A DNA stretch of 64,000 bases from Pseudobdellovibrionaceae bacterium. GTDB taxonomy: Bacteria; Bdellovibrionota; Bdellovibrionia; Bdellovibrionales; Bdellovibrionaceae. Within the stretch, counting starts at the first letter, position 1. Each line of letters starts with the position of its first letter. The notes under the pieces were generated by a model that saw only the letters and a program-made list of their open reading frames with translations, was not told where the DNA came from and did no database searches. This document shows, in pieces, positions 34,214 to 42,910 of the stretch. The stretch covers positions 1-64,000 of the forward strand of contig JBDHWW010000011.1 in the NCBI GenBank assembly GCA_039810425.1, read 5' to 3'. A program made the translations under genes and the position numbers.

Positions 34214-35581
34214 TTAGTTTTTGATGTATCTCAGGTACAAGTCATAGACCAGGCCGTATTGACCATCTTTCATCAAAACCACGGACTTATACATTGTGAC
34301 GTTACCGTGTTTGTCCGCTTCACGATAACGCTTATCAAATCTTAAGTCGATGGCCACAACACCTTTTTCTTCCAAAGTATAGAGTTCAGATGGTTGGGCA
34401 ATGCCGTCGAGATTGTCGTCCTTCCAAAGACGCAATTGCGTGAACACCTCGTCGTCTTCGCTGATGATTTTATCGTGGCCGTCGTCGTACTTAGCGAGAG
34501 CGGCGAACCCCTGAGAAGCGTACTTGCCATCCGGGCCGAGGGTCGCATCACCGAACAATTGGTCGATGCCGAGAACGAGGCCGTTTTTATTAGGCAATGC
34601 TAAGTAGTAGTTCTCAGTTTGGGCAGTCGCAAACCAGGCCGTTTGAACTGTCTTGTGATTCACGCGTTTACCGAGTAAGTCAAACATTACGCCATCCTCG
34701 GGAGCCGTCAAAGCGATTGACTGAGGAGTTGAGGTTTTGAGCTGGACCAACAAAGGGTCAATAGAGGCCACTACGACCGGGCAAGAGGGGTCCCCTTCGG
34801 TGACGGCTACGAGACTCATGGATTGCACTGCCTTTTGTTTGCCCGTGCTATCAACTTTAAAGCTCGAATTCATATCGATGAAGTGCGCCGCAGAATCCTG
34901 CAAAGGCGCGATCACGTTTTGGCCAGCACCCCAGTCGTATTTATATGGAGCCTTCACTTTGCTAGCGTCGTACATCACCACGGCATAAGTGCCCTCCGCT
35001 AATGTCTTAGATACTTTTAAAGACAAAGGCTTCAAAGAGGCGAGCTGGGCACGGATGTTGGTAACATCCGGCTCTGCATCCCAAGATTGAATCACGGTTG
35101 CGCCGCCCGAGGCGAAGTTGTCGGATTTATAAAGAACCGCAACCACTTTTTTAGATGTTGGCAAAGATGCTTGGCCCGAAGCAGTGATTGGCCCGCAAAC
35201 CGGATTTGGGGCCACAGTGATAACGGTGCCTGGGTCCACAGCAACTGAAGGAGTCTTCGGCATCACAGGGTCATTACCTATACCAGGAAAATGCATGCTT
35301 GGATCGTTGCCCACGCCTGGGAATTTCGGCATAGAGCTGTCATTGCCCGGATTCGTACCGCCAGCAACAGAGCCGTCCTCGCCCGGAGTATTTACACCGC
35401 CAGCGATTTGGCCATCGTCGCCAGGTGTATTTCCGAAAACGGTGCCGTCATCGAGAGCTTTTTCCTTTGCTACTTCGTCGATGATGAATCTTGCTTTAGT
35501 ACAGTTTTGGAATCCGAATGTTATAATAGTCAAACCAACGATGACTGCTGCGACTGAAGAATTCAGTTTTTGAATTCCCAT
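34214..35581 (-). CDS. putative lipoprotein with C-terminal FrpC-type Asp-Pro self-processing module
   Basis: Signal peptide ending FQNC (Cys27), Gly/Pro repeat linker, D275-P276 followed by a 180-aa domain containing QLFGD, GFAALAKYD and LRLWKDDNLDGIAQPSELYTLEEKGV. Confidence 0.8.
   Translation of the reverse strand: MGIQKLNSSVAAVIVGLTIITFGFQNCTKARFIIDEVAKEKALDDGTVFGNTPGDDGQIAGGVNTPGEDGSVAGGTNPGNDSSMPKFPGVGNDPSMHFPGIGNDPVMPKTPSVAVDPGTVITVAPNPVCGPITASGQASLPTSKKVVAVLYKSDNFASGGATVIQSWDAEPDVTNIRAQLASLKPLSLKVSKTLAEGTYAVVMYDASKVKAPYKYDWGAGQNVIAPLQDSAAHFIDMNSSFKVDSTGKQKAVQSMSLVAVTEGDPSCPVVVASIDPLLVQLKTSTPQSIALTAPEDGVMFDLLGKRVNHKTVQTAWFATAQTENYYLALPNKNGLVLGIDQLFGDATLGPDGKYASQGFAALAKYDDGHDKIISEDDEVFTQLRLWKDDNLDGIAQPSELYTLEEKGVVAIDLRFDKRYREADKHGNVTMYKSVVLMKDGQYGLVYDLYLRYIKN
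35250..35435 (-). repeat. intragenic peptide repeats
   Basis: NTPGDDGQIAGG / NTPGEDGSVAGG, then GNDSSMPKFPG / GNDPSMHFPG / GNDPVMPK. Confidence 0.75.
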
Positions 35582-35621
35582 GGTTTCCCCCCGGAAAAAG
35601 TTAGCTCCCGGAAAGATTTAA

Positions 35622-35637
35622 TGCAAACCAGACACCA
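35622..35637 (-). promoter_or_regulatory. candidate sigma54 promoter of the SPM lipoprotein
   Basis: Minus strand TGGTGTCTGGTTTGCA (GG-N10-GC with TTGCA), about 40 bp upstream of the ATG. Confidence 0.55.
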
Positions 35638-35806
35638 AGTGACAAAAATCGTCTTCGCAACCGTGGTGGTTTTAGGGCTTAAAGACGGTTGGTCAGGGGT
35701 ATTGGTGTCTACATCTTCATGATCAAGTGTACATAGGCACGACACACAACTTGTTGGTGAGGCCTGGGTGGGGATTTCCCCGGGGAGCGTCCCGGTTTGA
35801 GAAAAC

Positions 35807-35822
35807 TGGCACTAAATGTGCT
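35807..35822 (+). promoter_or_regulatory. candidate sigma54 promoter
   Basis: TGGCACTAAATGTGCT (TGGCAC, GG-N10-GC), about 40 bp upstream of ATG 35864. Confidence 0.6.
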
Positions 35823-35863
35823 AAATTGAGACATATTGAGCTCCGGCTCAAGGAGATTTGCTT

Positions 35864-36322
35864 ATGAAAACTCTATTTAGCCCAATTTTGGCTTTAGGTC
35901 TTATTTTCGGCACTTTCACGACTGCGAAGGCCGTTCCGGCAGGAGCGCCAAAGGACTTTGATCTGCAAACAAAGTACTCGTGCCAAGCCAATGGTATCAT
36001 CATTCATAACAAGCACAAGCTAATCAGCAATGGACGGACTCTTGATGAGGTGAAGTACGTTGCCGGCGTCGGCAGGAGCCAAGCTCTGACCTTCGGTTCA
36101 GAGCGCCAATACATGATTTGGCCACGGGCTGCGAATGGAACTTTTAACAAGTCATTGAATGTGCTTTCGCGCGATACATCCGGCACCTATAGAATCGTCC
36201 AAGAGATCGATATGGGTGATGCGGCCAAGACGAAAACCGCGGTAAGCCTGACCGTCAAAGATGGTGAGGGTGATGACAGACCGGTTTCTTGTAAAATCGA
36301 AATGGCATGGACAAAGAAATAA
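35864..36322 (+). CDS. secreted hypothetical protein
   Basis: AAGGAG SD; signal peptide (AKA); two Cys near the termini. Confidence 0.72.
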   Translation: MKTLFSPILALGLIFGTFTTAKAVPAGAPKDFDLQTKYSCQANGIIIHNKHKLISNGRTLDEVKYVAGVGRSQALTFGSERQYMIWPRAANGTFNKSLNVLSRDTSGTYRIVQEIDMGDAAKTKTAVSLTVKDGEGDDRPVSCKIEMAWTKK

Positions 36323-36356
36323 AAAAGGCCGGTGATGAGCCAGCCTTTTTCTTTTT
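36321..36356. terminator. bidirectional terminator
   Basis: AAAAAAGGC.GG...CC.GCCTTTTT hairpin between convergent genes. Confidence 0.6.
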
Positions 36357-36374
36357 GTGGATCATCCTTGCAAA

Positions 36375-37028
36375 CTAGTCGTTAGCAGCTTGTTTAGGAA
36401 CCTTGCTTTCGTCGACAGTGATTTCGATTTCCACGCGACGGTTTTTAGACAAAGCATCTTTGGTCTTACCAGCGTCTACTGGATTCTCAGAGCCCATACC
36501 GACGAAGCTCACAGTATTACCCGGAATGCCACCAGCAACCAGGGCATCGCGAACCGCTTTTGCTCTTTTTTCAGAAAGCGGTTTGTTCACTTTGTCGGAA
36601 CCTGTTGCATCAGTGTAACCTTTGATCGTCAAAACGTTCTCAGGGTACTTCTTCATAATCGCCGCCAGCTCGTTGATGTTCGTCTTTGCCGCCGCTTTCA
36701 AATCAGCTTTGCCGGTATCGAACAAGATATCACTTTTCAACTTCGTGATAAGGCCTTGCTCCGTACGCTTTGTCTCGGCGATTTTTTCGAGTTCTTTTTG
36801 TTGCTTATCCAAGCGGTGACCAATGGCTCCGCCCACGCCGGCCCCCAAAGCCGCGCCGATGAGCGCGCCTTCATTGCGATGGCCGGTTTGGTGGCCGATG
36901 ACTGCGCCCGCAACCGCGCCGACGGCGGCACCAATTCCTGCCTTGTTAACCGTGTTTTTGTTGTCGCCAGAGGCACATGCGGAAAGCACTGCCACCGCCG
37001 TTGCCATTAAAATAATTTGCTTTTTCAT
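36375..37028 (-). CDS. OmpA-family lipoprotein with glycine zipper (YiaD-like)
   Basis: Lipobox LSAC, GAAVGAVAGAVIG zipper, LFDTGKADL, GYTDATG..N..LSEKRA, NRRVEI. Confidence 0.92.
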   Translation of the reverse strand: MKKQIILMATAVAVLSACASGDNKNTVNKAGIGAAVGAVAGAVIGHQTGHRNEGALIGAALGAGVGGAIGHRLDKQQKELEKIAETKRTEQGLITKLKSDILFDTGKADLKAAAKTNINELAAIMKKYPENVLTIKGYTDATGSDKVNKPLSEKRAKAVRDALVAGGIPGNTVSFVGMGSENPVDAGKTKDALSKNRRVEIEITVDESKVPKQAAND

Positions 37029-37186
37029 AGTTTAAGCTCCTTTAGGTTCGTTAAATCGAATGGATTTATTATGAAAGTTTTTTGCCCAAAAGATCCAGTC
37101 AGGATTCGCCGCGTCTTAATCGTGAATGTAGACAAAAGTATTAAAAATGGCTCAAATGGGGGCCTTTTAAAACCGAGGGCCAATAT

Positions 37187-38383
37187 ATGAGAGACATGTT
37201 CGGGGACGACGATTCACAGAATAAGAAAAATGATTTCGCGGCGATGTTCGAGGAGTCTGTTCAGGGATACACAAAATCCTATGGTAAGGGCGATAAAGTG
37301 ACGGCAGAAGTCGTGACTCTAGGTAAGGAAGAAGTGTTCGTGAATGTCAGCGGTCGAGACGGCATGGTTTCTAAGACTGAACTTCTTGATGCCAATGGCC
37401 AGTTGAAAGTGCAAGTCGGTGATCAAGTCACTCTTTATGTCGTAAAATCTCAGGAAGGTCTTTTGGTTCTTTCTGCGAAGGCGTCCGGTAAAGCATTGGC
37501 TGATGATCTTGAAGATGCTTTTGACTTCGAAACACCGGTTGAAGGCCGTGTGGTTGAGGTCGTTAACGGAGGCTTTCGGGTGAACATCATGGGTAAACTG
37601 GCTTTTTGTCCTATCAGTCAGATGGACACAAAGATGATTACTGAGTCTGAAAGCTACATCGATAAAAAATTCGACTTCATGATCACGAAATTTGAAAAAG
37701 GCGGCCGCAATATCGTGGTGTCTCGCCGTCGTATGATGGATATGGAAAAACTTGAAAACCAAGGTGCGTTCATGGATCAACACCAAGCTGGTGAAATCAT
37801 GAATGGCCGAGTGACTCGTATCGAAGCCTATGGCGCTTTCGTCGAGATTGCTTCAGGCATTGACGGTTTGGTTCATATTTCTGAAATCAGCTGGTCTCGT
37901 TTGGCTCATCCTTCTGAAGCGTTGGAGCTTGGCCAAGAGATCTCTGTGAAGGTTTTGAAAATCGAAGAAGACGCCAATGGCCGTTTGAAGATTTCATTGT
38001 CTCGTAAGCAAGCGGAGGAGGACCCTTGGATGCTCGCATACAAAGATTTCCCAGTGGGCAGCGTACACACAGGTAAGATCCGTAGCAAAGAGCGCTTTGG
38101 TTTCTTGATGGAGTTAAAACCAGGTATCGTGGGTCTTTTGCCAAAGAGTGCTTTCCGCGAAGTGGCGGATGAGCGTGAGATGGAAAAGAAAAATCCAGGT
38201 GAAACTTTGAAAGTGCAAATTCAGAACGTGAACACAGCTGAAAAGAAGATCTCTTTGTCTTTCCCGAAAGAACAAGAAGACACTTCTTGGCAGGGTTTCA
38301 CTTCTAACAGCGCAAGTGGCGGCGGCAAAGGCCTCGGCACTTTGGCGGATCAGTTCAAGAATTTGAACCTCAACAAAAAGTAA
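37187..38383 (+). CDS. S1-domain RNA-binding protein (four S1 repeats, bS1-like)
   Basis: AFCPISQMD, NIVVSRR, YGAFVEI..GIDGLVHISEISW, DPW, GTLADQF tail. Confidence 0.88.
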   Translation: MRDMFGDDDSQNKKNDFAAMFEESVQGYTKSYGKGDKVTAEVVTLGKEEVFVNVSGRDGMVSKTELLDANGQLKVQVGDQVTLYVVKSQEGLLVLSAKASGKALADDLEDAFDFETPVEGRVVEVVNGGFRVNIMGKLAFCPISQMDTKMITESESYIDKKFDFMITKFEKGGRNIVVSRRRMMDMEKLENQGAFMDQHQAGEIMNGRVTRIEAYGAFVEIASGIDGLVHISEISWSRLAHPSEALELGQEISVKVLKIEEDANGRLKISLSRKQAEEDPWMLAYKDFPVGSVHTGKIRSKERFGFLMELKPGIVGLLPKSAFREVADEREMEKKNPGETLKVQIQNVNTAEKKISLSFPKEQEDTSWQGFTSNSASGGGKGLGTLADQFKNLNLNKK

Positions 38384-38392
38384 GAGCACATC

Positions 38393-38788
38393 ATGATCTT
38401 GAGCTTGTTGATTTCGATGAATGCGATGGCTTGTATGGGGACGGAGTTAGCACCGCTGGTGTTGACGCCGACCAAGAATTACACGCTGGAAGTCGATAAG
38501 TCTCAGGAGATCATTCTCGATGGCGGCACTCAGCTGCCAAAGATCACGTCGATTAAAGGCACCGGCCCTAAAGGCAAACCGATGCTGACAGTGATGTCAG
38601 GATTGCAAGTCCTCGAAAAGGGCCAGATGAAGAGCTATCCTCATCGTATCTCGGTAAAAATGAACGAGATGGAAAAAGATTGGGAAAAGCCCGTCGAAAT
38701 CGCCCTTGAAAATCAAGGCAAGCCCTATACGGTTTCTGTAAAATGGGTGCAGGCTAAGGGCGGCTGTTTCAAGCCCGTCACGAAGTGA
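38393..38788 (+). CDS. small secreted hypothetical protein
   Basis: Short hydrophobic N-terminus ending AMA-C; 9 nt after the S1 gene. Confidence 0.6.
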   Translation: MILSLLISMNAMACMGTELAPLVLTPTKNYTLEVDKSQEIILDGGTQLPKITSIKGTGPKGKPMLTVMSGLQVLEKGQMKSYPHRISVKMNEMEKDWEKPVEIALENQGKPYTVSVKWVQAKGGCFKPVTK

Positions 38789-38858
38789 GTCTCGTACTCT
38801 TTGGCCCCCGCACTGCTATAACCTGGTTCTGATTATCTAAAGGATTGAGGGGAATTTC

Positions 38859-39251
38859 ATGAGTAGAATCTTGTCTATTTTGTTGGCGGGGTCTGTTGTT
38901 TTTACATCCGTCGCATGCCAGAAGTCCAAGGAAGCGCCCACGGGCAACGATACAGTTCGTCCACTCTATCTTGGCGATCTCGATAAGAAATTGAATGAGA
39001 TTTACGGCAAGGACAACGAAGAGATGATGGATGTTTGTGATAAGCAATGGCGTCCAAAGATCTTAGAAATTGCCCGTGTCCTTGAGGAAAAGCGCCAGGA
39101 TATTGAAGCGCTCTCGCAGAAAAACAATGCAGAGAAAAATATTGTCGGCGTTGATTTTGGCTCATTTAAATTCATTGATGATATGGGTAAACCAACAGGA
39201 GCAGATGAGTGGACGCATATTCAGATTCGATATTCCAAGCAGGGGGTGTAG
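38859..39251 (+). CDS. hypothetical lipoprotein
   Basis: GAGGGG SD; lipobox SVAC. Confidence 0.7.
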   Translation: MSRILSILLAGSVVFTSVACQKSKEAPTGNDTVRPLYLGDLDKKLNEIYGKDNEEMMDVCDKQWRPKILEIARVLEEKRQDIEALSQKNNAEKNIVGVDFGSFKFIDDMGKPTGADEWTHIQIRYSKQGV

Positions 39252-39319
39252 TCATTGGACCTCCGTGAGAGAGCTATCTATGTAGATTCGTTCAGGAGGT
39301 CCTGCAAGTCACGGAGTCT

Positions 39320-40960
39320 TTACTTTATTGTCCATACTTGCTCGCTGACCTGACCTTCGCGCACCGTCAAAGGCCCTTGGGTCGTGCGTTTGCGGCGGTA
39401 GGTAAGGCGGATTTTCTGGAGCCCTTCACTCATGCGGTCATAGCTGTAATTGAGCCATTCTTGCTGGTTTAATTTACCTAATCCAGCGTCATGAAAGGCC
39501 TCTGAGCGGTCAGACGATGGATTCATAAATAAGAAACCACGAAGGTCGACAAAATAAACTTGGCCATTGTTTGCGGGTACTTCAATGACCGCCATAAATT
39601 TATCTTCACAAGTATTCTGATTTTTGCAGTACGCTGCTTTTGAGTTGAGTAAGAAGCTGAGTTGCGCACCATCACTCGTGCGAGTTTCCACTTGGACAAA
39701 GCCTTTCGGGAATGTCAGCTTGCCCGCACTGTCATCACTGATCAATTCGGCCGGAGCGCCTTTTCGGCCAAAGCGACCGTAGAAGAAGTTCAGAAGATTG
39801 TCTTTATCGGCTGGGTCAGGGGAAAGCCCCATCTGGAATCTTTTGATCGGAAGGTAGTGTTCCATATCAAACCAAAGAGGAGCAGACATGAGATATCCGG
39901 TAGGGTGTCTCATCATCAGAACCCAATAAGATCTTGGTTCGCCGTTTTCAACGGGTACGGCACTGATTTTTGAAAGAACGTCGCGCGGATTTTCTTCTTG
40001 GAGATCGCCAATTTCGCCACCATCCATAGAGATTCCATTGCCTGACGAGCCAGAAACCGCTGCAGACTCATATAAGTAACCGTCACTAATGCGGAAGATG
40101 AGGCTTCCAGAAACATTCCAAGTAGCGTCCACTTTGCCATTCGTGCGTCGACCACTTTGATAATCTTTAATAGCATCGACAATCGTTGCCGTTGGGATGA
40201 AAGAGGATCTCGCAAAGAAACGATCGCGGCGAATAGTGAGACCGCGCAAGAAATATTTGTCAGCATCTCTATGAGCAATCATCTCGCGGACATCGAAAGG
40301 TAGAGCCGTTTCACTCCATTCGTTCTTATTTGGAATTTTCACAACGAGCGGGGAGCCACTCGAGCCTGGCTGCATCAGTGTTGTTGCTTGCAACAACGTA
40401 CACATCAAATCGCAATTGATTTTGTTAAGGCTCTGTTTACCGTAAATATTATCAGCATCAAGATTTGGATCTTTCACCCAGTCATTCAAAAGAACAAAGC
40501 TGAAAACGTCGACCCAGCGTGCGCGACCAATTTCTTGCCCCTGCCACTCGATAACCCCGCGTGAATCCATCGCAAAAGGAATCGCGTGATTCACGCCCGT
40601 AACTTCCATCACTTCGACGTCATGTTCGTCGACGTAGTAACGTCCTTTGATAGTTAAATCCTGGCCTTGGTGATGGATAACTGTTCTATCGCCTTGGCTC
40701 ACGTGAGATGCCGTCACGACGAAAACCTGTTGGCCCGCTTGAACTAAGAATCCACTGCCTTTAACCGGAACTTCCTTGCCGTTGTTGGCGAGGTCTTTGT
40801 ACACAGACTCAATTGTGACAAGGCTGTCATTGGCCGCTGCAGGTTTTTCTGAACGATGGTGAACAACCGGGACATTGAGGGGAGCCGCAGCAGGAGAACT
40901 GCCGGAGTTTGCCGCGCAGGCCAGGAGCAAAACACAAGAGAGCATAGAAAGCTTTTTCAT
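39320..40960 (-). CDS. lipoprotein with trypsin-like serine protease domain
   Basis: Lipobox LLAC; GSGFLV, TASH (His), HDV (Asp), PGSSGSP (Ser); long C-terminal region of unknown function. Confidence 0.78.
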   Translation of the reverse strand: MKKLSMLSCVLLLACAANSGSSPAAAPLNVPVVHHRSEKPAAANDSLVTIESVYKDLANNGKEVPVKGSGFLVQAGQQVFVVTASHVSQGDRTVIHHQGQDLTIKGRYYVDEHDVEVMEVTGVNHAIPFAMDSRGVIEWQGQEIGRARWVDVFSFVLLNDWVKDPNLDADNIYGKQSLNKINCDLMCTLLQATTLMQPGSSGSPLVVKIPNKNEWSETALPFDVREMIAHRDADKYFLRGLTIRRDRFFARSSFIPTATIVDAIKDYQSGRRTNGKVDATWNVSGSLIFRISDGYLYESAAVSGSSGNGISMDGGEIGDLQEENPRDVLSKISAVPVENGEPRSYWVLMMRHPTGYLMSAPLWFDMEHYLPIKRFQMGLSPDPADKDNLLNFFYGRFGRKGAPAELISDDSAGKLTFPKGFVQVETRTSDGAQLSFLLNSKAAYCKNQNTCEDKFMAVIEVPANNGQVYFVDLRGFLFMNPSSDRSEAFHDAGLGKLNQQEWLNYSYDRMSEGLQKIRLTYRRKRTTQGPLTVREGQVSEQVWTIK

Positions 40961-42096
40961 CGTTGTTCTCCAATCAAGAGACTTAAATCCAAACTGTCAT
41001 TTTTATTTATGAAATATTGGCCTTCGCGAAATTGGAGGACATCAGGAAACTTCTTTCGCAAACGAGCGACAAGATTTTTAAATCTATTTTCAGAAAGCGT
41101 TGAGTCGCTCTCTTCCGGATAAATACGCTCGATCAAATCCCATTTGCCAACGGGACCACTCCAAAGAAGTTTTAAAACTTTGAACTCCAAAGAGCTCGGA
41201 GCTTCTTGGGCTTCTTGGCTGATCTGATTCATCTTTAACAAATCCGGCAGACGTTCGCGCCATGTCGGCAAAAGATGTTGCTCAAGATCTTTTGGCCACT
41301 CTTTGCCGGGATCCAGCGCGCACTCAAGCAAAGTGCGAATCGCACGTACTTCCGGAAAAGACGCCATCTTACTTTCGGTCATTAATGGCAAAGCTTCGTT
41401 GGCGCGTTTGAGTTCAATGAGTAAATGGGCTTTTTGCAGCAGGGAAGTAAAGTGATGGATACTGCCGCGCTCATTTTCCAAAAGGACGAGGCCTTCGTTT
41501 GTACACTCGAGTGCTTTTTCTAAGAGGCCCACGATCTGATATTCACGCGCCAGCATATTCAGCGCCATTCCGGCGAAGGCGTCGTCTTTCACTTCGCGTG
41601 AAAGCTGAATCACGGTCTGATATTCAGAAATGAAGTTCTTGTAAGGAGTCAGGCGGCTTTCAGCGACAACAGAGTTGTAAAACGATCGCAGAGATTTTTT
41701 AGGGCACTGAAACTTTTTATAAAGCGCGCTCGCCTGCATGGCCGTTTTGATATTGTGATCCTCGCGACCATGAACTTCCCAAGCGCGACTAATAACAAAA
41801 TATTTTTCCGCCTCAAGCACATCAAAGTAAACGCGCGAAGACGCCGTCTCGATATCTTGCAGAGTGATTTGCTTGGTTCGTAGTTTGAGGCGTAAGTGCA
41901 CGAGCTCTTGCAAGTCCTCAGGAAACTTGCGGTCCATTTCCTTGATCAATGTCTGCATCTTTTCAAGATCGCCTGACATGAACGCGGCCATGTATTGAGC
42001 ATAGAACAAAACCGGTGCTTCAAGCTCCGGATCGCGGGCCATTTGGTGAATTTCACTGAGGCTGGCCTCAGCGAGTTTGCGGAATTGTTCTACCAT
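40957..42096 (-). CDS. TPR-like helical protein with C-terminal winged-helix DNA-binding domain
   Basis: Helical repeats; C-terminal LEFKVLKLL...KWDLIERIY...NRFKNLVARLRKK (OmpR-like wHTH); ATGA overlap with the protease gene. Confidence 0.72.
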   Translation of the reverse strand: MVEQFRKLAEASLSEIHQMARDPELEAPVLFYAQYMAAFMSGDLEKMQTLIKEMDRKFPEDLQELVHLRLKLRTKQITLQDIETASSRVYFDVLEAEKYFVISRAWEVHGREDHNIKTAMQASALYKKFQCPKKSLRSFYNSVVAESRLTPYKNFISEYQTVIQLSREVKDDAFAGMALNMLAREYQIVGLLEKALECTNEGLVLLENERGSIHHFTSLLQKAHLLIELKRANEALPLMTESKMASFPEVRAIRTLLECALDPGKEWPKDLEQHLLPTWRERLPDLLKMNQISQEAQEAPSSLEFKVLKLLWSGPVGKWDLIERIYPEESDSTLSENRFKNLVARLRKKFPDVLQFREGQYFINKNDSLDLSLLIGEQR

Positions 42097-42102
42097 GCGG
42101 GA

Positions 42103-42131
42103 GGTATAGCGAAGGCGCGGGGGGTTGTCAT
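42103..42131 (-). promoter_or_regulatory. candidate sigma70 promoter giving a leaderless mRNA
   Basis: Minus strand ATGACA-17 nt-TATACC, then 6 nt, then ATG; no SD. Confidence 0.45.
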
Positions 42132-42223
42132 CTACCCGTAACTACCCGGCGTTTCCTCGAATTTAAACTGGCGACCTTTTACAACTGTATTCAACCCAAT
42201 ACTTCGTGAAAGGAAGGTACAAT

Positions 42224-42901
42224 ATGATTCGTATAATTCAAAAAACACTAAAGGTTACAATGGCTTTGGCGGCATGCTTCGGAGCGCTATCGACCTCGGC
42301 GGCGGCTGAAATCAAAGCGGTAACGCCAGGTAACACTTTCCGCTGGGCGCCAGTGCTCGGCGTCTCTAGCTTCGCAATGAAAGCAGAAGGATATGAGGTC
42401 GGCGCCCAAGGCGGCCTCGTCGTCGGACTCAGCACTTTTATGGGCCTCGGCAATCCCGCTCTGGACGGCGAATTCGGTTTGCAGTTCATGCAAACGGGCG
42501 GAGTGCAGAAAGGCTATCTCGCTGACGGCACTTATATGGAGAACGAGCTGACGATGTCGTATTTGACGATTCCTCTCGGCGTTCGTTGGAAGTTTGCTCC
42601 TTGGGGAGATCAGCCGAACAGCGCTCTCTATTTAAAAGGTGGGCTCATTCCAGCCTTCTTGATGTCGTCCAAGCAAAAGGTAAGTGCGCTGGGTATGAGT
42701 CTTGAGAAAGATATTAAATCCGATACGAACTCGTTCGACTTGATGGCTCAAGTGGGTCTCGGCGGCAGCTATGAGCTTGGCAATGGTCAGGATCTTTTGC
42801 TGGATCTAATGTACGTCCACGGGACAAGCAAAGTTCTTAAAGCGATGAGCTCAACCAATGAAGGCCTTGTGGCTTCAATCTCTTATTCAATGGCGTTGTA
42901 G
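42224..42901 (+). CDS. outer membrane beta-barrel protein
   Basis: Signal peptide; YLTIPLGVRW and LYLKGG.IPAFLMS pattern; amphipathic strands. Confidence 0.8.
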   Translation: MIRIIQKTLKVTMALAACFGALSTSAAAEIKAVTPGNTFRWAPVLGVSSFAMKAEGYEVGAQGGLVVGLSTFMGLGNPALDGEFGLQFMQTGGVQKGYLADGTYMENELTMSYLTIPLGVRWKFAPWGDQPNSALYLKGGLIPAFLMSSKQKVSALGMSLEKDIKSDTNSFDLMAQVGLGGSYELGNGQDLLLDLMYVHGTSKVLKAMSSTNEGLVASISYSMAL

Positions 42902-42910
42902 GAGGAAGCG

